A DNA stretch of 64,000 nt from a virus. Lineage: Duplodnaviria > Caudoviricetes. The position numbers and the translations under genes were made by a program. This document shows, piece by piece, positions 57,446-64,000 of the stretch. The notes beneath the pieces are model-generated. The model was not told where the DNA came from. It ran no database searches and saw only the letters and a program-made list of their open reading frames with translations. The DNA is taken from positions 1 through 64,000 of IMG/VR virus record IMGVR_UViG_3300037851_000671. One strand, 5' to 3'. Positions within the stretch are counted from its first letter, which is position 1; each line of letters begins with the position of its first letter.

Positions 57446-58546
57446 ATGGCGATATTCTTAGACTCAAACGCTCATGTGGCGATGAACAAATCAGCACTAA
57501 GAGCGTTGGATGATTTTCATTCATCTTTGGCGGGCCATGGTAATCCTATGGCCCTTTCTCTTCCTGGCAGAGAAGCAAGTTCAGCAATAGAAAATGCACG
57601 CTCTAAAATTGCTGCTTTGATTGGTGCAGAATCACACAATCAAATTATCTTCACCTCAACATGCACACAGGCTTGCGAATGGGCTTTGAACTTCATCAAA
57701 GCCAAAAACCCAAAGAACATATTCTACTCGCCTTTAGAGCATTCGGCCATTAGACATACCGTTGGCGTTATGTTCCCAAATGGTGTTGAATTAAGCACCT
57801 CCAAAGACGGCAATACGGGTTGTGTGTTCCCGCCTCCACCAAACAGTTTTTTCATCTGTATTCATGCTCAAAACGAAATAGGCACACTACAGAACATTGA
57901 AGCCATTCAGGCCCCGTTGTTCAGTGATATGAGCCAAAGCCTAGCCAGAATACCAATCAACGTTTCAAGAATACCAAACCTTCAACTTGCCGCTTTTGGA
58001 GCCCACAAATTTGGAGGGCCTTCTGGGGTGGGTTTTCTATACATGAAAGACACATCTTGGTGGAAGGCGGTGGAGCCAAGCACCAATCGTTATTACACAG
58101 ATAGACCCGGAACACCTGATACTGGCAGTATTGTAGCTACAGCCGCTGCTTTGGAAGAAGCCATGAGAACACTACCAGAACGCTATGAGCGTATGGTTAG
58201 GTTTCGTGATGTATTGGAACGTGAAATAGAAAGCCTTGGTTTGAAAATAATCGGCAAAAGCGCAGCTAGAATTCCAAGCACTACATCTGTTCATATCGGT
58301 GAACGCATGGGTCCTTATCTAATGAGTCAGCTTGAAACAGAAGGTATATTTATAGGTCTTGGAACTGCGTGTGCTGCTCTTGGCAGTGTGATGGGGCCAA
58401 ATCCTTTAATGACAAGGTTGGGATATGGAGGGCATGCTCATGATTTCATTAGGATATCGCATTTTGGAGATTACGCCGAAAAAGAAGCACACATCGTTGC
58501 AAAGGCGTTGAAGAAGTATTGCCCGAGGGTGAGTGATCTTCCGTGA
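57446..58546 (+). CDS. iscS: Cysteine desulfurase (IscS/NifS family, PLP-dependent)
   Basis: FLDSNA, NEIGT, SDMSQ, GAHKFGGPSGVG (PLP lysine), GTPD, LGTAC (catalytic Cys loop). Confidence 0.88.
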   Translation: MAIFLDSNAHVAMNKSALRALDDFHSSLAGHGNPMALSLPGREASSAIENARSKIAALIGAESHNQIIFTSTCTQACEWALNFIKAKNPKNIFYSPLEHSAIRHTVGVMFPNGVELSTSKDGNTGCVFPPPPNSFFICIHAQNEIGTLQNIEAIQAPLFSDMSQSLARIPINVSRIPNLQLAAFGAHKFGGPSGVGFLYMKDTSWWKAVEPSTNRYYTDRPGTPDTGSIVATAAALEEAMRTLPERYERMVRFRDVLEREIESLGLKIIGKSAARIPSTTSVHIGERMGPYLMSQLETEGIFIGLGTACAALGSVMGPNPLMTRLGYGGHAHDFIRISHFGDYAEKEAHIVAKALKKYCPRVSDLP

Positions 58547-58559
58547 TATATCCAAGAGA

Positions 58560-58886
58560 ATGAAGCTTAAAAAGGTATCTTGCGAGATCTGCGGCGAGTC
58601 ATCGAAAGCCACTCTTCATACTCACCATATCGTTGAAAGAACCAATCCAGAATCAACCGAAGATTGGTCAAACCTGTGCGTAATTTGCGCCAATTGTCAC
58701 AATAAAGTTCACGCTAACACAATCAAGATCATTGGGGTTTATCCCTCTACAAAACCGCCATATGGAAGGTTCCTTGTTTTTGAGGAAAATGGCATAAGTA
58801 ATCTTCCTGGTGTAAAAGATCCGTATATTGTGTCAAAGCCAAAATCTATGAGGTTAACAAATGTCGAAACCGAAAGTTCAAAATGA
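58560..58886 (+). CDS. HNH endonuclease
   Basis: CEICG...HTHHI...SNLCVICANCHNKVH. Confidence 0.88.
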   Translation: MKLKKVSCEICGESSKATLHTHHIVERTNPESTEDWSNLCVICANCHNKVHANTIKIIGVYPSTKPPYGRFLVFEENGISNLPGVKDPYIVSKPKSMRLTNVETESSK

Positions 58887-59157
58887 TAAAGCGTTCATAA
58901 ATGGTATTCTGGCCAAGGCCCGTCAGCAAGGGGTTGAGGAGAGGGTAAAGAATATTCTAGCCAAATGTGAAGATAATGTAAAGGGATGTAGGTCAGACAT
59001 TGAGCGTAAGCATATAGTACATTTGGCATTGATTGAGATACACAAAACCATTGGTTGTGTGGGTCCTTTGGTAGTGGATGGTATAGAGCTTTTGCCCGCA
59101 GACCCTAGCTATCAGGAAGCTATAGATTGGCATAAAGGTTTGGTAAGATTGGATTAA
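58861..59157 (+). CDS. Hypothetical protein
   Basis: 98-aa ORF overlapping the HNH stop. Confidence 0.65.
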   Translation: MSKPKVQNDKAFINGILAKARQQGVEERVKNILAKCEDNVKGCRSDIERKHIVHLALIEIHKTIGCVGPLVVDGIELLPADPSYQEAIDWHKGLVRLD

Positions 59158-59193
59158 TCTTTGCATATCTGCGCATGAAAACAAGAGGAAGAT

Positions 59194-59466
59194 ATGCAAG
59201 TAGAAAAATACATCGGTGAAGTTATATGGTTTGAACCCCGTCGTGGATTTGGATTCATTTCAAGGGCAGGCGAACCGGATCTTTTCGTTCATTGGTCAGA
59301 TATAAAGGTTGAAGGTTTCAAGACGCTAAAGAAAGGTCAGAAAGTGGCTTATTCAATTGGTCTCAACAAGCGCAAGGAACCAAAAGCAACTGAGGTTGTT
59401 ATTGTAGACGATGTAGAATTCTCATTGGAGAAAGATGTCGCAGCTACCAACACTGATCCCGCATAA
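59194..59466 (+). CDS. cspA: Cold-shock domain protein
   Basis: GEVIWF, RNP1 RGFGFI, RNP2 LFVHWSDI, GFKTLKKGQKV. Confidence 0.92.
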   Translation: MQVEKYIGEVIWFEPRRGFGFISRAGEPDLFVHWSDIKVEGFKTLKKGQKVAYSIGLNKRKEPKATEVVIVDDVEFSLEKDVAATNTDPA

Positions 59467-59914
59467 GAAAACCGAAGCACAGTTATGGATCACCAACATA
59501 TCTCGTCAAAAAGATATTCAGCTTGGTGATCTTAGGCTGACGGTAAGACGCGGTAAAAGTTACAATCTTCTTGATAAAAAACACTTCCACTACACGGAAG
59601 AGCAAATCAGAGCCAGCATTGCTAGTGGTTCTATTTTCAAGAAAAGAGATGTAATAAGAGTGCGTGAAGTTGCGCCTGTTGTTTACAATATGCGAGTTGA
59701 CATATACAACGGACCAAGAGATGGTATTCGTCCAGTAAGACAGCAACCACCTCCAGAGCACAAGCAATTTGCCGAGCTTGATTTTGATGAGGTATCTGAT
59801 GATAGTCCTCAAGCCCAAGAACAGTATGCAGCAGAAACGGCAGAGCTTGATTTGATGGATAAGATGCCTGCTTTGCCTGTGGATCCAAAGTACCGTAAAA
59901 TGGATAGTGAATAA
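59435..59914 (+). CDS. Hypothetical protein paralogous to the 44581 N-terminus
   Basis: LWITNIS..DIQLGDL...NLL...TEEQIRASIASGSI; acidic C-terminus. Confidence 0.65.
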   Translation: MSQLPTLIPHKKTEAQLWITNISRQKDIQLGDLRLTVRRGKSYNLLDKKHFHYTEEQIRASIASGSIFKKRDVIRVREVAPVVYNMRVDIYNGPRDGIRPVRQQPPPEHKQFAELDFDEVSDDSPQAQEQYAAETAELDLMDKMPALPVDPKYRKMDSE

Positions 59915-59928
59915 CCCAGCATAGGTTC

Positions 59929-60264
59929 ATGGGAGCAGCAACATACATTTTCGCAAATCCAGGTCAAATAGTGCGTCTTATAGAACAGACGCTTGATGGG
60001 TATGGTGACCGCACTGATGGATATGTTCCTGTAGTCCAAAGTGTTGTGTTCCCTGACCTGACAAACGCTGCCGGATACCCTCGTCAGATGAGTCGAATTG
60101 ATGTTGGCTTGTATGCTCATGGAATACAACTTCCAACAGGGGTTGATTCTTTGGGTACATACGTTATCAGCGTCTACTATCAGGAATCCGGCCTATCAAA
60201 ATGGGATGCGTTTGCCATCAATGTTGCAAGGCCATTTGGCAATACGATAGTTACTCCGGCATAA
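59929..60264 (+). CDS. Ig-like virion protein
   Basis: Aligns loosely with the N-terminal domain of 60281 (G.Y...G.Y/W). Confidence 0.55.
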   Translation: MGAATYIFANPGQIVRLIEQTLDGYGDRTDGYVPVVQSVVFPDLTNAAGYPRQMSRIDVGLYAHGIQLPTGVDSLGTYVISVYYQESGLSKWDAFAINVARPFGNTIVTPA

Positions 60265-60280
60265 TTAGGAGGGATGAACA

Positions 60281-61177
60281 ATGGCAACACTTCCAAGATC
60301 TTCTATAATCCAGCCATCTGACACTGTGGCTTTGTGTGCCAAATTTGCCGGACCCGATGGCCAGCCAACAGACCTTGATGCGTTTCCAAATGTCACGATA
60401 GTTCAACCAAGTGGTAATTCCATTGGTCCAATAACTAGCGGAATAAAACACATAGCCACTGGAGAATATGAGTATGACTATTCTGTTGGTCTTTTCCCTC
60501 CGCTTGGAACCTGGCGCGATGTTTGGCGTGGGATTATGGCTGGATTTGAGGTTATCGGAGAGTTTACATTCACCGTTTACACAACCCAGACTCCAGGTCT
60601 AAACACAGATGGATACGAACATCTTGGCGATGATCCTGGTTTCAACTACTCTCAAGTTGCTATTCATAACATCAACGTTCTAATGAAATCTGTCAGGGCA
60701 AGACTAAAGAGCCGTGGCAAAAAACTAGACAAGGATGAATACGGAAATGAGATATACAAAGATTGCGATATCTTTTCTGTTGATGAGTTAGTGACGTTCA
60801 TTGCCCGTTCTCTTTCGGCATTCAATGAGATACCGCACTTTACAATGTTCACATTCGAAGACACACCTATTTTGGAGCAGTTCCACGATGTCTTGGTGCA
60901 GGGCGCGGTGATTTTTGCAATGGGCGCTCAGGCGTTGATTGAGCGTGGTAGAGAATTCCAGATACAAGATAACGGAGTTGGATTTACACCACCAACCATT
61001 TCTGAGCTTCTAAACTCACAAATGGGTACTGAACTTACCAACTGGACAGAGCGCGTAAAGCAAATCAAGGGAAATATGCGCCCTAGTCCAATAGCTCTTG
61101 GAACGCTTTCATTTACATCCGGAGCAAGCCCGCAATTCCGCAGACTTAGGCATCTCCGTCAGCGTAAAATCTATTAA
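60281..61177 (+). CDS. Head-tail connector/neck protein (Ig-like plus adaptor-like helical domain)
   Basis: IFS.D....SLSAFN...QALIERGREFQIQDNG; paralog at 62262; position after the fibre genes. Confidence 0.55.
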   Translation: MATLPRSSIIQPSDTVALCAKFAGPDGQPTDLDAFPNVTIVQPSGNSIGPITSGIKHIATGEYEYDYSVGLFPPLGTWRDVWRGIMAGFEVIGEFTFTVYTTQTPGLNTDGYEHLGDDPGFNYSQVAIHNINVLMKSVRARLKSRGKKLDKDEYGNEIYKDCDIFSVDELVTFIARSLSAFNEIPHFTMFTFEDTPILEQFHDVLVQGAVIFAMGAQALIERGREFQIQDNGVGFTPPTISELLNSQMGTELTNWTERVKQIKGNMRPSPIALGTLSFTSGASPQFRRLRHLRQRKIY

Positions 61178-61242
61178 GCGTTTTTTTTCATCATCCTCGC
61201 TAGGTGCGTATATACATCATCGCATATCGTGGCTTTTTAACA

Positions 61243-62253
61243 ATGAGACGCAAAGCTTACGAAGACGTGAATCGAAAGTTCTACGCCAAGCCTGTGGGAG
61301 TTGATCAGACACCAGGACTTTGCGGACCAGCTGTTCTTAAAAGTGTTCTTCACTACTATGGAATACACGAGGATCTTGAGGATATTACCAAGAAAATCAA
61401 GGCTACTCCAGAGAAGGGAATAGAAGCACCTGAGCTTGTTAGGGCCGCGAAACAGTATGGCCTCAAAGCCTTCATAGATGATGATTCTTCATTCAAGGAC
61501 ATCAAGAAGTTTTTGGATCAAGGTTGTCAGGTTATTGTGGAATGGTTCAAGGCTGATGACTCTCATTATTCTGTGGTTGAAGAAGTTACAGACGATGAAA
61601 TAGCTATTATGGACCCTGAGCTTGGCGAGGTTAAATACATAACTCATGAAGAGTTTGAGCCAATGTGGTTCACTTTCCCGCACAATGACGATCACAAGAA
61701 ACCGGCAGATAAGCGCATCATTGTAATGTGGAAAGAAGACAAGCTTGGCGAAAAGAGAATGCCAACATATAAGAAACATCAGGGCCCGCCAAAGGACAGG
61801 GCCCTAAATGAAATCTTGGAAAAGAAAGTTGGTCATGTTTTTGGATATGATATTTATCTTGTTGATGGTGAGGCTACAAGAAACTCATTGGACATTGACT
61901 TTGTGATGGGGGGAAACCCAGGAAGATACAAGTATGTTCCAAACAACCAGATTTGGATTGAGTCACATTACGGTGATGAAGAGTTGATTCCGATTGTTGT
62001 ACATGAGATTGTAGAGTGTGAGTACATGATACGTGATGGGGACACGTATGACAAAGCGCACGACAAGGCCACCAAAAACGAAGAAGATTTGCGTAAGCAT
62101 GACAAAAAGATCGAGAATTTGGAAGAGGCAGAGGAGTACATCACAGGAATCTTCGGAAAAAAGAGTGACAGGGCTTTAGCAGGGCTATTGCCTATGGGTG
62201 CTTTGAGCCGGTTTGCTTCTTGGTATGCGCAGGCTGTTACGAAGCGGATATAA
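61243..62253 (+). CDS. Peptidase C39-like cysteine protease fused to an HExxE zincin-like domain
   Basis: QTPGLCGPAVL (Gln/Cys), SHYSVV (His), IMDP (Asp); VHEIVE..AH in the C-terminal half; N-terminal RRKAY. Confidence 0.8.
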   Translation: MRRKAYEDVNRKFYAKPVGVDQTPGLCGPAVLKSVLHYYGIHEDLEDITKKIKATPEKGIEAPELVRAAKQYGLKAFIDDDSSFKDIKKFLDQGCQVIVEWFKADDSHYSVVEEVTDDEIAIMDPELGEVKYITHEEFEPMWFTFPHNDDHKKPADKRIIVMWKEDKLGEKRMPTYKKHQGPPKDRALNEILEKKVGHVFGYDIYLVDGEATRNSLDIDFVMGGNPGRYKYVPNNQIWIESHYGDEELIPIVVHEIVECEYMIRDGDTYDKAHDKATKNEEDLRKHDKKIENLEEAEEYITGIFGKKSDRALAGLLPMGALSRFASWYAQAVTKRI

Positions 62254-62261
62254 GTAGAAGC

Positions 62262-62648
62262 ATGGAACATTTGATTGAAATGGTTAAATTCAGGTTGTCT
62301 TCTACTGGCCAGGTGAAAAACGCTGATGGCACACTTGTTGAAACGAACATTTTCAGCGAAGATCAGATAAGAAAAGCATTGGAACTATCATTGTCAGCGT
62401 TCAATAGTTACAAAGAGCCAACGAACTACAGTTTTGAGGAAGTTGTTGAGAGAAACTACTCAGATATCATTACGTTGCATGCTTGTATAACGCTGCTTGA
62501 GGCTCAGGCATTGATGGAAAAGGGCCGTGAGTACGTTATCACCGATGGAGATTGCACATCTTTTCAGCCGGCTATTCTGTCTGATTTCTTGATACACTTG
62601 GCACAAACGATGTGGCATCGTTGGTGTGACCTGATGACAAGAATATAA
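62262..62648 (+). CDS. Short paralog of the neck-protein helical domain
   Basis: NIFSEDQI...SLSAFN...AQALMEKGREYVITDG versus the 60281 C-terminal half. Confidence 0.7.
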   Translation: MEHLIEMVKFRLSSTGQVKNADGTLVETNIFSEDQIRKALELSLSAFNSYKEPTNYSFEEVVERNYSDIITLHACITLLEAQALMEKGREYVITDGDCTSFQPAILSDFLIHLAQTMWHRWCDLMTRI

Positions 62649-62688
62649 ATTGGACTTTGGAACCTGCGCATATTGTGGGTTCTTAAAG

Positions 62689-64000
62689 ATGAAGAAGCGA
62701 TCTACCCCAATTGCGGATTTTTCCCAAATTCTGAAGGAAGCTGGACCTGTGCCCGTTCCGCCAGGCGCTGTTGCTCGTCCATTGGCTCCTCCGCCACGTG
62801 CTCCGATAGCTGCCCCAAGAGCGCCGCTGCGTGCTCCTGTGCCTATGCCAGAGGCTCCTACGGGTATTCGTCCACCGCCTTCTCCACATCCGCTTCCATC
62901 ATTTAACGTTGAACCTGCAAAGGCTCCTGCGGCATCTGTTGCAACAGAACCAACGGCCCCAAAACCAGGTCTTCGTCAAAGGATAACTGATTTTTTCAAG
63001 TCAAAATTAAACAGAGAGCCAACACCAGAAGAAGTGACGGCAGCCGAAGACAAAGTAAAAGCAAAAACAGAAGCCGACTCAATGAGGGCGGCTGAAAGGG
63101 CCAAAGCGCAGGCAGAAACCGCCGCAAAAACTCAAGAACAGACGGCAAAACTAGACAAAGCAGCCGAAGATATTGCTGACAAAATAGACCCGCGTTCAAG
63201 GGGAGATATCTGGAAACAAATTGAAAAACTTATACCAGAAGAAATGCTGAAGGCAGAAAAGGATGGTGGTTTAAGTTATGAAGAATTGACAAGGTTGAAG
63301 ATCAAGGTCAAAGAGGCTGTATATGCAAATAGAGCCAAAGCTCGTTCTAACGCGTTCAAACAAAAAGTTTCAACGCTTGGTTCTAGGTTTGTAAATGCAT
63401 TGCAAGGTGGAAGTACACAGGTCAACGCAGCTATGGCCATTGGTTCTGTAGTTACTATTGCATACTATATGTTTTGTGGTCGTGCTCCAGCGGCTAAGTC
63501 AGAAGATGCAGCAAAGGTCACGGGGTTGATATCGCAAGTCAATGTTGAAGCTCCGAGAATGGATACCTTGCTTACTTCCATAGATGTTGCAGAAAAAACC
63601 ATTGCATCATCTGGTGCAACAATACCAGAAGTAGGACAGGCAACTGCCGCACTGACCAGCTTGAAGCAATCAGCTACGTCAGTTAAAAATTCATCAGTAA
63701 ATCTTGATGACTTGAATACTGTACAAAATTTCGTAAATCAATTGACGGCATTAGCAACCCAATGTGATACTTTCATAAGGGTGGCCGCTACACTATCACA
63801 AAGCGGAAAGTCTCCAGAGATTGATCGTGCTCTGGATGCTACAAGTGATACTGCTGCTGAGATTATGGTTGAGATTAAAGCTACAAAAGAAGAGCTAGGA
63901 AAAGCAAAAACAAAAGCGTCAGCGGGTGGGGCAGGTGCTAAACTTGCATCAAAAATTGAATCAATATGCAAGGCCACAGACATTTATTGTGGTAAAATTG
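62689..64000 (+). CDS. 3'-truncated Pro-rich putative internal/ejection protein
   Basis: Manually read open frame MKKRSTPIADFSQILKEAGPVPVPPG... running to the window end; TM-like AAMAIGSVVTIAYYMFCG. Confidence 0.8.
   Translation, partial: MKKRSTPIADFSQILKEAGPVPVPPGAVARPLAPPPRAPIAAPRAPLRAPVPMPEAPTGIRPPPSPHPLPSFNVEPAKAPAASVATEPTAPKPGLRQRITDFFKSKLNREPTPEEVTAAEDKVKAKTEADSMRAAERAKAQAETAAKTQEQTAKLDKAAEDIADKIDPRSRGDIWKQIEKLIPEEMLKAEKDGGLSYEELTRLKIKVKEAVYANRAKARSNAFKQKVSTLGSRFVNALQGGSTQVNAAMAIGSVVTIAYYMFCGRAPAAKSEDAAKVTGLISQVNVEAPRMDTLLTSIDVAEKTIASSGATIPEVGQATAALTSLKQSATSVKNSSVNLDDLNTVQNFVNQLTALATQCDTFIRVAATLSQSGKSPEIDRALDATSDTAAEIMVEIKATKEELGKAKTKASAGGAGAKLASKIESICKATDIYCGKI

Larger units (their letters stand above)
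1..64000 (+). other. Virion morphogenesis region of a large tailed phage (Caudoviricetes)
   Basis: Order TerL-portal-prohead protease-decoration-MCP-fibres-neck; unidirectional dense coding; SD-like RBSs (GGAG/AGGA); no integrase or host housekeeping context in the window. Confidence 0.95.

Noticed and set aside
1-64000. Eukaryotic giant virus or active alternative genetic code
   Set aside because: SD-like RBSs, overlapping operonic genes and the TerL/portal/HK97 module indicate a prokaryotic tailed virus; genes are intact under the standard code with no in-frame TAG or TGA breaks other than the A10 site and the intron.

Overview
The window is the virion-morphogenesis region of a large (jumbo-like) tailed dsDNA phage. 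About 60 tightly packed genes all lie on the + strand, many with Shine-Dalgarno-like RBSs. Recognisable core genes: terminase large subunit (interrupted at Walker B by a 358-aa LAGLIDADG intein), portal, a prohead protease/scaffold fusion, three head-decoration paralogs, the major capsid protein (split by a group I intron whose paired core can be traced base by base and which carries an HTH-LAGLIDADG endonuclease), fibre/LamG proteins, and neck proteins. Accessory enzymes are interspersed: a class II nucleotidyltransferase, a CX5R phosphatase, a GT-A glycosyltransferase, an IscS-type desulfurase, an HNH protein, a cold-shock protein and a C39 peptidase. The strongest unexplained signals are: (1) a 1514-aa protein with about 10-11 tandem S4 RNA-binding domains directly after portal; (2) two nearly non-overlapping peptide tags, a K/R-x-A motif with a recurring amphipathic helix in the putative internal head proteins and a DGY tripeptide seen 22 times in 11 putative surface proteins; (3) two neighbouring genes sharing a 21-aa identical leader with 10 silent changes, fused to unrelated cargo; (4) a start-less ORF reachable only by slippage on an A10 tract; (5) a free-standing copy of the capsid C-terminus; and (6) no TAG among 59 stop codons. 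All family calls are by-eye motif recognition; no database search was run. No tRNA, rRNA, CRISPR array, tail sheath or tape-measure gene was recognised.
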